This document shows positions 25,590 to 37,030 of a stretch of 64,000 bases of DNA, piece after piece (position 1 is the stretch's first letter; each line of letters opens with the position of its first letter). The position numbers and the translations under genes are program-made. The stretch is from an uncultured delta proteobacterium (GTDB lineage: Bacteria; Desulfobacterota; Desulfobacteria; Desulfobacterales; Desulfatirhabdiaceae). The DNA is taken from contig CAWBKP010000004.1 in the NCBI GenBank assembly GCA_963789395.1, forward strand, positions 64,001-128,000, read 5' to 3'. The notes beneath the pieces are model-generated. The model had not been told where the DNA came from, did not search any database, and saw only the letters and a program-made list of their open reading frames with translations.

Positions 25590-25679
25590 TATTTTGAGCC
25601 CCCGTGGCAGTTGTCTGCCGGCGGTTTTTGTGCTATGCTCGCCCACAACTGCGGTTCGGCCTTGCGGGGCGCTCAAATA
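25590..25679. repeat. Imperfect inverted-repeat element in the rpmF-gltX intergenic region
   Basis: TTTGAGCCCCCG ... CGGGGCGCTCAAA ends; GC-rich island in AT-rich DNA. Confidence 0.45.
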
Positions 25680-25924
25680 AAATCTTTTTCAAGGGCGCAG
25701 CCCATCGGGAATAAAAAAATCATTATAGGAAAAGGCCGGCAAATAAAAAAATAGCTAGAAATAACAAAATTAATTGGTTATAAAAAAAAAATGAAGCCGA
25801 TGAAGTTATCAGCCACCGGCTTAACGCCCATTGCGAAAATGACTGATTTATGATGATATGAGCAATATTATTTCAAATAACTATCTGTCAATACATACTA
25901 AACAAAAGATTAACACTTTACTGA

Positions 25925-27351
<1,427 letters not shown>

Positions 27352-27476
27352 AACAGGCGCAATGTTTCCAGAACGTCATGAACAAATGTTCCCAACCCCC
27401 AAGGTTCATGATGAAGGCCTTGTTCGTGCCTTGCAAGAAATAGTTATAACCCTTAGCCCCCACATAAAGAGGAACC

Positions 27477-27929
27477 ATGTACAGAGTCAAAGACATCATG
27501 ACAACGGACGTCATCTCGGTATCTCCTGAGACGGAGATCGTGCAGGCAGCGCGCATCATGATTGAAAAACGGATTAACGGCCTTCCGGTTCTGGATGGTG
27601 ACGGAAGGGTTGTCGGCATTCTCTGCCAGAGCGATCTGGTGGCGCAGCAGAAAAGCGTCCCCATCCCCTCGCTCTTTTCTCTGATGGACGGGTTCATGCC
27701 CCTGACGTCTTTAAAAAAGATTGAAAAAGAAGTTGAAAAAATAGCCGCCTTGACGGTTGCCCAGGCCATGACAGCCAAACCGATCACCGTAACGCCGGAA
27801 ACCGGCATCGAAGAGGTGGCCGGACTCATGGTGGACAAAGGGTTTCACACCCTTCCGGTGGTGCAGGACGGAAAGCTGGTGGGGGTTGTGGGCAAAGAAG
27901 ACGTCTTAAAGACACTGCTGCCGTCCTGA
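27477..27929 (+). CDS. CBS-domain pair protein
   Basis: VKDIMT, GLPVLD, TVAQAMT, TLPVV. Confidence 0.92.
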   Translation: MYRVKDIMTTDVISVSPETEIVQAARIMIEKRINGLPVLDGDGRVVGILCQSDLVAQQKSVPIPSLFSLMDGFMPLTSLKKIEKEVEKIAALTVAQAMTAKPITVTPETGIEEVAGLMVDKGFHTLPVVQDGKLVGVVGKEDVLKTLLPS

Positions 27930-27940
27930 AAAAACCGCAC

Positions 27941-28062
27941 GCCCAGGTATTCAGGAGCCGGAATTCAGAAGCCGGAATGCGGGGTTCAGAAAAAAAGGTT
28001 GGAAATTACGACCTGTCTTCCGGGCCTTTCTGAATACGGACGCCTGAATGCTGGATACCGGG
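27941..28062. repeat. Heptamer-based inverted-repeat mini-element (related to 46221-46421)
   Basis: CAGGTATT CAGGAGC CGGAATT CAGAAGC CGGAATG aligns with CAAGTATC CAGGAGT CAGAATT CAGGAGC CAGAATG; ends GCCCAGGTAT and ATACCGGGC. Confidence 0.6.
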
Positions 28063-28074
28063 CCGTACTGTCGG

Positions 28075-29376
28075 TCAGCACCTGCTGATGGCATCAACGG
28101 CCAGGTCCAGCTCGGACTCCGAAATGACAAATGGCGGCCCCAGCATGACGGCATCGCCGTCGCCGTTTGCAAAGCCCGCGCATTTGTAAAGGATGATTCC
28201 CATATCCATCAGGCGGTCGGCCATTTTTTCGGTGACCTTCTCCTTGCGGGGAAACGGCGCAAGGGTTTTTTTGTCTCGCACGACTTCAATGGCCCACATC
28301 AGGCCGATGCCCCGAACCTGGCCGACATGGGGATGATCGGCCAGCGGCGCCAGGCGCTTTTCCAGATACTCCCCCAAAGACGCGGCCCGTTCAACCAGGT
28401 TTTCCCTTTCCAGAATTTCAACAACCGAAAGGGCTGCGGCCGCTGCCACGGCATGATGGGAAAACGTGTGGCCATGAATGAAATCGCCTGCTTTTTCCCG
28501 CAGAACATCCAGATGCGCTTGCTGGCACCCCACGGCCGAAAGGGCCGCATACCCGCCGTTCAGACCTTTTCCCAGGGTGATCATATCCGGCACAACGCCG
28601 TAATGATCCAGACCGAACCATTTGCCGGTCCGGCCCATGCCGCACATGACTTCATCCAGAATCAGCAGGATGCCGTGATGATCACAGATGTCCCGAATGA
28701 CGGCATAGTATTCCGGCGGCGGAACCACCGCGCCGATGGTCGAGCCCAGAATGGTCTCCGCCAGAAAGGCGGAAATGGTATGACGCCCTTCATGTCGAAT
28801 GGCCTCATCCAGTGCGTGGGCGCATCGCAAGCCGCAGTCCGGATAGGTCAGTCCGAAGTGACAGCGTAGGCAGTATGGCGGAGGGATGTGAATGGAAGGG
28901 CCTAATAGCGGCTGAAACGGCTCCCGCATGGATGTTTTCCCGGTTGCCGACAATGCGCCAAGGGTCGCCCCGTGGTAAGCGTTCCAGCGGGAAATGATCC
29001 GGTACCGCTCGGCGTCTCCCCTGGCAAGATGAATCTGCCTGGCCAGCTTGATGGCGGTTTCGATGGCCTCACAGCCGCTGGAACAGAAATAAAACCGGTT
29101 GAGGCCTTCCGGTGCGTGGGCGGCCAGCCGCTGCGCCAGCGCTTCCATGGGGTCCGAAGTGAACATGGGGCCGTGAACATAGGCCAGCTGTCTTGCCTGG
29201 CCGGCCATGGCGTCCGCGATCTCGGTCCTGCCATGTCCCACATTGACGCAGATGGGCCCGCCGCTGGCATCCAGGTATTTTTTCCCGGTTTCATCATAAA
29301 TCCAGACCCCTTCGGCCTTTACGGCCTTTGGCAGGGGGCGGTCGAGCCTGCGGTGAAACACACAGCTTTCTTTCAC
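28075..29376 (-). CDS. Class III PLP-dependent aminotransferase
   Basis: YLDASGG, SGCEAIETAIK, YHGATLG, DEVMCGMGRTG, PDMITLGKG, HGHTF. Confidence 0.93.
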   Translation of the reverse strand: MKESCVFHRRLDRPLPKAVKAEGVWIYDETGKKYLDASGGPICVNVGHGRTEIADAMAGQARQLAYVHGPMFTSDPMEALAQRLAAHAPEGLNRFYFCSSGCEAIETAIKLARQIHLARGDAERYRIISRWNAYHGATLGALSATGKTSMREPFQPLLGPSIHIPPPYCLRCHFGLTYPDCGLRCAHALDEAIRHEGRHTISAFLAETILGSTIGAVVPPPEYYAVIRDICDHHGILLILDEVMCGMGRTGKWFGLDHYGVVPDMITLGKGLNGGYAALSAVGCQQAHLDVLREKAGDFIHGHTFSHHAVAAAAALSVVEILERENLVERAASLGEYLEKRLAPLADHPHVGQVRGIGLMWAIEVVRDKKTLAPFPRKEKVTEKMADRLMDMGIILYKCAGFANGDGDAVMLGPPFVISESELDLAVDAISRC

Positions 29377-29465
29377 GAAAAACTTCTATGATGATAATAA
29401 CAAGAAATGAACATCTGATTGCGTCATCGCAGTGTTTGATAACGTACGGTTCTTTCGTCGGTTCC

Positions 29466-29492
29466 GTCATTCCGGCGAAAGCCGGAATCCAG
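29466..29492. repeat. REP-like palindrome GTCATTCCGGCGAAAGCCGGAATCCAG
   Basis: ATTCCGGC-GAAA-GCCGGAAT hairpin preceded by GTC. Confidence 0.65.
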
Positions 29493-29693
29493 CAAGGTCT
29501 CAGCGCGATTAGAGAGCTTCAGCCTGTCCGGCAATAACGAAAGCACCCGAATTCATAAAATCGTAACAACAATATATGCCAGTCGTCAACATTTCCTTCC
29601 CATTGACTTTTCCCGTCGGATTCGCCTATAGGTGGTTGACAATAATCCTTAACCGAAGCAGCGTTGACTCGGAGCACGACCGGCGGAGTTCAG

Positions 29694-30673
29694 ATGAAAG
29701 CCGAAGAAGAAAGACAATCATGTTATTTAACAGTCAGTTGACCAGGACATTCGGCTGCGCCTGGTGAAAACGGGACATGATGCAAGCCGGAACCTCGCGG
29801 AATTCTGCACGGCCCTGCAGCAGGCAGCGCCAAAAATCCGGATTGCCCATGAAAAAGAAGATTCCAGCCGCCCCTTCCGAGCTGCGGATTCATTCCCGGG
29901 TCCGCTACCGGTCGGTTCCGCTCGGCCATGAACTTGGCCCGTTTCTGAACGCGCTGTCCTGGATTTTTTGCGATCAGACGCCGCCCCCGCCGCCCCCCGC
30001 GCTTCTGGACGATCTGAGCCTGCCGGCGGAACTGAAACTCTATATTTCCGAACACTGCCCGTTCTGTCCCCGCATTGTGGAAAGCCTGGTTCCCCTTGCC
30101 CTTGCCAGCGCCTTTGTTCGACTGACGGTCATCGATGCCGGGCTGTTCACGGAAGACGCCCGAAACGACCGGGTTCAGTCGGTGCCCACGCTGATTCTGG
30201 ATTCGCAGTTCCGCTGGACCGGCACCGTCAATATCCGGGAAGTCGTGGAAGCAATGATTCACCGGGACCCTTCCCGGCTGGAAGCCGACACCCTCATGAA
30301 CCTGATCGCGGACGGCAATGCCGGGCTGCTGTCATCCATGATGCTGGAGAAAGACATGATATTTCCGGCCCTGGTGGCGCTTCTGGTTCATCCCAAATGG
30401 CCTGTCCGGCTCGGGGCCATGGTGGCCATGGAAAACGTCGCCGCGGAAAAACCGGCCCTTGCCCAAACCATCGTGTCCCCGCTGTGGGACCGCTTTGATG
30501 CGGCGGATGAAAAGGTGAAAGGGGATATTCTTTACCTGATCGGAGAAATTGATACCGGCGGGTCACTCCATCGCATACAGGACATCCTGAACACACCGGC
30601 GGATTATGACGAAGAAATCATCGAAGCCGCCGAAGAAGCCCTCGAAAAACAAAAGGCTTTTCTAAAAACATAA
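29694..30673 (+). CDS. AhpF-N/glutaredoxin-like thioredoxin-fold protein with HEAT-like C-terminus (5' frameshifts)
   Basis: VPLGHELGPFL, YISEHCPFCP, VQSVPTLI, WPVRLGAMV; 5' part distributed across frames. Confidence 0.75.
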
Positions 30674-30763
30674 CAGCTCCCCGCGCCTGAAACGCTTTTC
30701 TCCCGGCCCTGCATTTTTGTTATTGACGGCACCCTTACTTTTATGTAAATATAACAAGATAAT

Positions 30764-30837
30764 TGAGGGATCGTCTAGCGGCAGGACGACGGGTTCTGGC
30801 CCCGTTAACCAAGGTTCGAATCCTTGTCCCTCAGCCA
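30764..30837 (+). tRNA. tRNA-Gln(CTG)
   Basis: Acceptor stem TGAGGGA/TCCCTCA, anticodon arm ACGGG-TTCTGGC-CCCGT, T-loop GTTCGAATC, encoded CCA. Confidence 0.97.
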
Positions 30838-30846
30838 AATAAAATC

Positions 30847-30878
30847 AAAGGGTTACGAAAATCACTCGTAACCCTTTT
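30847..30878 (+). terminator. Hairpin and T-tract after the tRNA
   Basis: AAAGGGTTACG...CGTAACCCTTTT. Confidence 0.75.
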
Positions 30879-31016
30879 GTGCTTTTTAAGTCGAATCCTC
30901 GTTACCTTTTCGTTACCTTTGTAGAAATTGCCCTCCTGGATCAATCACGACCCATATAGATTGCCTCGTAAAATCTGACTGAAATTTTTCATTTGACCTG
31001 AATATCCATAAATGCT

Positions 31017-31130
31017 TTCATCACTGCCCGTCATAGCTCCGGGAAATGCCTTGCCCAAACAGAATATCCCTATGCGAAATATACGAAATGATGGGTCATC
31101 AGGATGTTTCTCAAACGAAACGAAGCTTGT
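31017..31130 (+). pseudogene. Tyrosine integrase C-terminal relic
   Basis: TARHS..LAQTEYP then (-1 frame) LCEIYEMMGHQDVSQTKR, resembling the HxxR and LGH..T.RY boxes. Confidence 0.55.
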
Positions 31131-31249
31131 TGACCTGCCAGATGGAAAGACAGGATGAAATTTCGTTCGAGACTATCTACCCAGAGCGAAAAAATGAACC
31201 CCCTTTATAGGCTTCACCAATTTATTTTCAGAAGAATTCGAAAAAGGAT

Positions 31250-32116
31250 TTGAAGATGTATAAATACAGCAAAATTGTTAGGGGCGACGCATATTATTTT
31301 TGGAGGTTGGAGGCTGAATTAGCTGAGCCTGGTTTGAATGACGCTGGTAGAAAAATTATTTTCGATGGGCTTGCCCGTTATCCATCACATCTTTTGGCGC
31401 TGGAAGCAGCGATGGCCGCTCATCGAGATATGCCTTGGCCAGAGGCTGAGGACAAAGAATATGTTTTGTTGATGGAATTAATGCATAAGCATTCTCAGAT
31501 CACCATATCTGATGTTAGGTTTAAACAAGTTTCGCAGGAAATAAAACTATACCGCGTGGAACAATCGTATTCCACACCGACTATACATGAATCCGAGAGC
31601 ATGTTTTCTGTCCCCAGATACGACCGATACGGAGATGCTGTGCTTAGAGAAATTCCCGTTGATAGGCTGGAACCAATAAATCCAGAAATTCACTATGTCT
31701 ATGTGGATGATATTGCAGCTCTTTTGCCGGAACCTGAACAACCCGAAGCTTCTCTATCTGAATGGCTTAACCCTGAAACATTGAACGAGATTGAAGAACT
31801 TTGGGAAGCACTATCTGAAAAACAGCGCAATCATATTCATAAGGAAAAAAATAAGGCGAAACAGATCACAAAATGGCAAATTGATAGGGCAACGTTGAAA
31901 GCTTTTCTCTTATCAGCAAATGCTGAACGGAAAAGCACTATTCCGGAAACCGTAATTAAATCACTATCGTTGAAATACAATGTCTCTCGTGAGAAAGAAG
32001 GCTTTTTTTGTGGCATCGTGCGGAAACTGGCGAAAAACAGGTCTGATCAAGAAAATGCGAAGCTGAGTAATAAAAATTTATATGAGAAGATTCGGAAAAT
32101 CATGGGTGCAAAGTGA
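31250..32116 (+). CDS. Hypothetical protein of the integrated element
   Basis: 288-aa ORF with no recognised motif. Confidence 0.7.
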   Translation: MKMYKYSKIVRGDAYYFWRLEAELAEPGLNDAGRKIIFDGLARYPSHLLALEAAMAAHRDMPWPEAEDKEYVLLMELMHKHSQITISDVRFKQVSQEIKLYRVEQSYSTPTIHESESMFSVPRYDRYGDAVLREIPVDRLEPINPEIHYVYVDDIAALLPEPEQPEASLSEWLNPETLNEIEELWEALSEKQRNHIHKEKNKAKQITKWQIDRATLKAFLLSANAERKSTIPETVIKSLSLKYNVSREKEGFFCGIVRKLAKNRSDQENAKLSNKNLYEKIRKIMGAK

Positions 32117-32143
32117 TATTCGCGAATATTCGCGAATATTCGA
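32116..32143. repeat. Palindromic 10-bp tandem repeat (ATATTCGCGA)x2.8
   Basis: Read directly; lies upstream of the AlpA-like gene. Confidence 0.8.
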
Positions 32144-32227
32144 AAGGAATTCTCATATTATATAGTAAAATCAGACATCTAAAATTATTTTAATACATTT
32201 TTAATTCCTGACTTTTCACGGAGAATA

Positions 32228-32268
32228 AAGCCTATCAACTAAGCATTGTTGATGGGCTTTTTTATTTT
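32228..32268 (+). terminator. Hairpin and T-tract upstream of the AlpA-like gene
   Basis: AAAGCCTATCAAC...GTTGATGGGCTTTTTT. Confidence 0.65.
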
Positions 32269-32287
32269 TCAGAAAAGGGGATATCAG

Positions 32288-32533
32288 ATGAATGCTGATG
32301 CACGAAAAAAGGTTTTAGACGCAATTGGCGAATCACTACCGAAGCATTTCAAAATTAATGAGCAGAAGGTTTATAGCCCCAAAACAATTTACAATCTGCT
32401 TTCTCAAGGGAAGGGGCCGGTAGTCGTTGACATCCGGGGGCAAAAATTTCTTGAACGGGATTCCTTTATCGAGTGGCTTGATGACGGGTCACGGACCATG
32501 CGCAAGCGAGGTCGGAAGCGAGCGGCGGCATGA
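32288..32533 (+). CDS. AlpA/excisionase-like small DNA-binding protein
   Basis: YSPKTIYNLLSQGKGP...FLERDSFIEWL; position before the primase. Confidence 0.65.
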   Translation: MNADARKKVLDAIGESLPKHFKINEQKVYSPKTIYNLLSQGKGPVVVDIRGQKFLERDSFIEWLDDGSRTMRKRGRKRAAA

Positions 32534-34785
32534 AAGACACCCAAGTACAAAATCCGCTGCTGTGCGATGCCAGAAATGAACGATTCGTCAGACAACAGAA
32601 GATGACCCACGATGTCGTGGAAACACACCAGACGTCGAACGAATCCCCGTGTGACTCGACAGAATTCATACAGTCCGTCGGAAATATGAACGATATCATA
32701 TCAGTATTCTCCGGTATAAAGCCAAAGCCAGTTGCCGAGACAGAATGGCGGACGGTCATTGAAAACATTCGTACTGGAAAATATCGTCAAGCAATCGAAA
32801 CTGGTCGCTCGATCAAGGATCCAGTCGCATACCGAGAATTCAAAAAAAGACTTCCATCTGTTACGTTCTGTGCGAAGTTCAAAGACAATCGGGATATGCA
32901 GCATGTAGTATCAGCGACTGGACTTATACTCGCGGATCTGGACCACCTACCGGATGTTGAAAATATATTCAACCTTTTAAAGCAAGATCCCCATGTAGTT
33001 TTTATCTTTCGGTCTCCGTCAGGAGTTGGCCTGAAAGTCGCAGTACGCAGCGAGGGAATTACGGAGGATCAAGACATCAAGCGATTATTCGCAGCCTTCG
33101 AACACTATTTATGGGAGAATTACCAGTTAAAAATTGACCCGGCCTGCAAGGATATCTCTCGCCTGACTTTTGTGTCGTATGATCCCGATTTGTATTTAAA
33201 CGAAAACCCTGCTCTTTTCGATATCGAGAAATGGGAGGAACAGAAACCGGAGCCAGTGTTTTATATTCCTTCCGACACAGGGGATAAAGGATGGCAGGCA
33301 AAATATGGCCAAAAAGTATTGGAATTTTGCTGTCAGCAGATCACAACATCGATGGCGGGATTTCAGCATGGTGTAAGGCTGAAGATGGCACGGCTTGTCG
33401 GGGGATACATTGCATCAGGATATATCGAAGAATCGCAGGCGATCTCAGCTCTCGAACAGGCAGTTATCAGCAGTGGGGCAAATCGGGTACAGGACTCAAT
33501 GAAAACGGTGCGGGATGGCATTGAGGACGGGAAAAAACATCCGCTTCAACCGGAGCCCCGACCGGAATCGATGAAAAAGGATGACATCCAATATAAACAT
33601 GATGAAATAGACGGTTTTTGTCCACATTGTCCACCCTTGTCCACAAATGAGAAATCATGTCCTCATTTGTCCACAAAAAACGGTTTTTGTCCACACTTGT
33701 CCACCACTTGTCCACATTTTGAAAAAGTGGACAACTCGAAAAAAGACAATACAGGCCCAAATACAGACGAAAAAGCACCTCAAAATCTATCTTCTGTGAT
33801 AAGAGATTGGATAATGAATTCAAGTGGTTCATTCACTGTTGACCAGCTCGACAGAGATCTCGTTTTGACCACCCGAAAAGAAAAGCAATATCGGGCGAAA
33901 TGCCTCACCAGGTGCACAGAAAAAAAACTAATTAAAAAAGATAAGAGGGGGGCAGGAAAATTCCATATTATTAACAGCAAGTTAGATGTGATAAATCTTG
34001 ATAATATAGACGAAAAACCGTTCGATTTAAAACTTCCTTTCGAACTTCATCGTTTCACATCCATTCCCCAAAAAGCCGTTATTGTCATCACCGGATCAAC
34101 AAATGCCGGGAAAACGGTTTTAATCCTGAACATCTTAAAATTGAACCTTTTACAGGCATATAAAAAAATGTACCTGATGAGCGAGATGGGACGGGGCGAA
34201 TACGCTGAACGGCTCAGAAAGTTTGACGATATACAGTTTTCAAATTGGAAAAACGTTTGCGCTGCTGAGCGGACTTGTGACTTCGATGGTGCAATAGAAA
34301 ACCACAACAAAGACGGGCTCACCTGTGTTGATTTTCTGGAAGAAATAGAAGGCGAATACTTCAAAATCGCAACGGATATCCGCAGTATTTATGACGCATT
34401 GGGCGATGGAGTTGCGATTGTGGCAATTCAGAAAAAAACAGATACCGATTATGCCCGGGGTGGTCAAGCAACGGCAGAGAAGGCTCGGCTGTATCTATCG
34501 GTTGATCTGGTTACAGTTCTGGATCACTGCATCATTTGTGCGTTGAAGATCGTTAAGAATAAGCGTTATGTCAATCGGAATTTACAAGGACATGAAATCC
34601 ATTTCAAAATCCATCGCGGTTCAAAGATAGAACCTATATCTGACTGGATGAGATCGAGCGATGTTGACCGGAACAAATTCAGAGTGAAGTATGAAAAGGA
34701 AAACAGATCTGCCGACACTCATAGTAACAAGGGCAAACCCATAAAAATGAAGTCAACCGGCGGCGTTTATGAGGTGGTTTTATAA
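32530..34785 (+). CDS. VirE-N/BT4734-like primase fused to a winged-helix-like region and a P-loop helicase
   Basis: KKRLPSVTF, ADLDHL, FRSPSGVGLK, DPACKDISRLTFVSYDP; Walker A GSTNAGKT; Walker B-like TCVDFLE. Confidence 0.8.
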   Translation: MKDTQVQNPLLCDARNERFVRQQKMTHDVVETHQTSNESPCDSTEFIQSVGNMNDIISVFSGIKPKPVAETEWRTVIENIRTGKYRQAIETGRSIKDPVAYREFKKRLPSVTFCAKFKDNRDMQHVVSATGLILADLDHLPDVENIFNLLKQDPHVVFIFRSPSGVGLKVAVRSEGITEDQDIKRLFAAFEHYLWENYQLKIDPACKDISRLTFVSYDPDLYLNENPALFDIEKWEEQKPEPVFYIPSDTGDKGWQAKYGQKVLEFCCQQITTSMAGFQHGVRLKMARLVGGYIASGYIEESQAISALEQAVISSGANRVQDSMKTVRDGIEDGKKHPLQPEPRPESMKKDDIQYKHDEIDGFCPHCPPLSTNEKSCPHLSTKNGFCPHLSTTCPHFEKVDNSKKDNTGPNTDEKAPQNLSSVIRDWIMNSSGSFTVDQLDRDLVLTTRKEKQYRAKCLTRCTEKKLIKKDKRGAGKFHIINSKLDVINLDNIDEKPFDLKLPFELHRFTSIPQKAVIVITGSTNAGKTVLILNILKLNLLQAYKKMYLMSEMGRGEYAERLRKFDDIQFSNWKNVCAAERTCDFDGAIENHNKDGLTCVDFLEEIEGEYFKIATDIRSIYDALGDGVAIVAIQKKTDTDYARGGQATAEKARLYLSVDLVTVLDHCIICALKIVKNKRYVNRNLQGHEIHFKIHRGSKIEPISDWMRSSDVDRNKFRVKYEKENRSADTHSNKGKPIKMKSTGGVYEVVL
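33611..33733. repeat. Iteron-like TGTCCAC array inside the primase gene
   Basis: Seven perfect direct copies (33619, 33628, 33638, 33668, 33688, 33698, 33709), one variant (33658) and one inverted copy (33727). Confidence 0.85.
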
Positions 34786-35081
34786 TGGAAATTTCAAAAC
34801 TCATATCAAGGTATCTGTCCATCGGAATATCTTTCCGGATATCTGGTTCTGATTTAAAACTGAAAATTCCGGAGGCCGTGAAGTTATCCGATGATGACTT
34901 GGGCGAGCTGAAGGCAAACAAGACTGAAATCATTCTGGAGCTGACTCCCTGTCCGGCGCGGGATCAAAGCACGTGCATCTGTTACGGGATCCCGTGGTTT
35001 GATGCAAAGCCAACATCAGAAAGGCTTCAATGCGATCCAATTGCTTGTCGTTGGAAAGTGCAGCGGGAGAAACGATTATGA
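34785..35081 (+). CDS. Small TubC-N-like domain protein with Cys-rich tail
   Basis: GISFRISGSDLKLK...LKANKTEII pattern. Confidence 0.55.
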   Translation: MEISKLISRYLSIGISFRISGSDLKLKIPEAVKLSDDDLGELKANKTEIILELTPCPARDQSTCICYGIPWFDAKPTSERLQCDPIACRWKVQREKRL

Positions 35082-35557
35082 AAAATCAATTTGAGCGTCA
35101 GATGATTGAGACCCCGATAATTTCGGATTTTTTCACTGTCCAGGGTCTGCAAAAACAGACGGGTCAAAGCTACAGCGACTTCGGGAACGTTGTCATAAAG
35201 GAGCTGATGGACAACTCGCTTGATGCGAGTGAATACGCAGGGGTAAATCCAGACGTGACTGTCATCAAGGGAAGCGGACCAGACAACTGCCTGCTTGTTT
35301 CGGTAACTGATAACGGCACCGGTATCGATCCGGATACGATAAGCAAAATCCTGAATTACGATACCCGGACTTCGGATAAAGCTGTTTATCGGACTTGCTC
35401 CCGAGGCGCACAGGGAAACGCATTAAAAACCATTGTTGGCATACCATGCGCATTGAAGATGAACGACCCGATTACAATCGAGTCAAAAGGTTTGAGGCAT
35501 AGCATCAAAGCCACCATCAACCCTGCTGGACGCCTTCATCGAATCAAAGCTGATTGA
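35078..35557 (+). pseudogene. Truncated topoisomerase VI-B-like GHKL ATPase
   Basis: VIKELMDNSLDA, DNGTGI, SRGAQGNALK; ends directly after the ATPase core. Confidence 0.7.
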
Positions 35558-35576
35558 GAATGGTGCTGATATCAAG

Positions 35577-35885
35577 GTGATTCCATCTGTGAATAAATTT
35601 CCCCGCCTGGTAGATAGCATAATAAATAACATTGTTCAGGATAGGGTTGAATCAATTGTTTCTTCGTTACTAGATATTGATGGTATCACGAACAGAATCA
35701 AAAGCGAACTTGCTATTGGGGTGGATCGGGAGGCTGTAATCGATTCACTGAACAAGCAAAAAGACTTATCATGGGATAGTGCGATAGAGCAAAAAGTTAT
35801 TTTTCAGATGGATGCGCTTAAGACAATTCCTGGTATCATCAGAAATGAGGTGATTCATGCAATGGCAACGATCACCCGGAAATAG
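35577..35885 (+). pseudogene. Hypothetical ORF, probably a C-terminal gene remnant
   Basis: 102-aa helical ORF following the truncated GHKL gene. Confidence 0.4.
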
Positions 35886-35993
35886 ATTGAGGCAGAGCAA
35901 GGTGTTTGATCAGCTCAACAATCCAATGTTGAGCTGATGAAGGCGATTGTCGCATTTTTCACGAATAACCATAAAAAAATAAAGGAAATTTCA

Positions 35994-36800
35994 ATGCCAC
36001 CTGCACCAAAACACAACTGGAGTTATTTGTATGAAGTCTACCAAAAACTTCTCGAAGAAAAACCCGGTATGTCCAGTTCCGAGTTCGCAAGACAGAACGG
36101 TGTCGCTGAGGAAGCCTGTAGGAAAGCGTTTAAACGTATTGAGACTAAGCGAGCAAAACGGACTATCCGGACACAAACCGGACGGACAAACAGACCGAAG
36201 CGCCCCGGTATTTTTGATGACATTACCCCGGAAGAAACTGTTGAAGTCGTTCAACAGGTTTGCTCGGCCCGTGTTGTTGCGGTTCATGCAAAAATTCTTG
36301 CGATACTTTGTACTGAGCTTAACCACGTTGAAGAACTACAAAAAACACGGTCTGAAAAGGAAGAAGACGGAAAATACAAGATTAAGATCGAAACCACAAA
36401 AGAAATTAAAGATTCCATCCAGACAAGCAACGAGATTGTCAAGGCGTGCCGAGAACTCATGCCGTTTATTATGGAGCTTAAAGACCGAACTGGCTTGGAG
36501 GATATCCTTTCAAGACTCCAGGGCCGGGAATATGACGTGACGCAGGCCGCGCTTGAGATATCGAAGATGGGGGCCAGTCTGCCAGAGGCGTTAAAGATCA
36601 TGTTGTCAAAGACGCCGCCTGTCGTGATTGCAAACAACTTTGAGATGCCGGACATGAATGAGTTGGACCAGAGGGCGCTTGAAACATTGCAGCAGGTTCA
36701 GTGGCAATACGAGCGTTTTTTGCCCGAACGCCGGGAAGAAGTGATCCAGATGAAAAAAAAGATGCAGCGCGCGGAGTCGTTCGCGCCGGAAGGAGAATAG
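35994..36800 (+). CDS. Terminase small subunit-like protein
   Basis: N-terminal HTH (KHNWSYLYEVY...SEFARQNGV), basic linker, helical C-terminus; RBS before ATG. Confidence 0.55.
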   Translation: MPPAPKHNWSYLYEVYQKLLEEKPGMSSSEFARQNGVAEEACRKAFKRIETKRAKRTIRTQTGRTNRPKRPGIFDDITPEETVEVVQQVCSARVVAVHAKILAILCTELNHVEELQKTRSEKEEDGKYKIKIETTKEIKDSIQTSNEIVKACRELMPFIMELKDRTGLEDILSRLQGREYDVTQAALEISKMGASLPEALKIMLSKTPPVVIANNFEMPDMNELDQRALETLQQVQWQYERFLPERREEVIQMKKKMQRAESFAPEGE

Positions 36801-37030
36801 CGATGAAAAATCAATCGTCAGTGACTATCATGGAGAAGCCGGCACATTAAATGTTGCCGATGAAATCGTCATGCTTGAAGCGATCCGGATGCCATTGATC
36901 TTGTTCTTTTTAAGGCTATTCTGGGGAATCCTGAAACCGTTGTCGAGACTGATGACGTTGTGGGATCCAACGAGTGATGAGCGTCAATTATAATTCCCGT
37001 ATTTAAAATCTTACCGAACACACCTTTTTA

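Larger units (their letters stand above)
30838..36800 (+). mobile_element. Degenerate tRNA-integrated phage-satellite (PICI-like) element
   Basis: Composition shift after the tRNA; integrase relic, AlpA-like, primase-helicase and TerS-like genes; right boundary uncertain. Confidence 0.65.

Noticed and set aside
25404..25754. ORFs in the rpmF-gltX intergenic region
   Set aside because: No RBS or motifs; AT-rich divergent promoter region with a small inverted-repeat element
36158..36197. CGGAC short repeats in the TerS-like gene
   Set aside because: Short, irregular and explicable as a low-complexity basic linker
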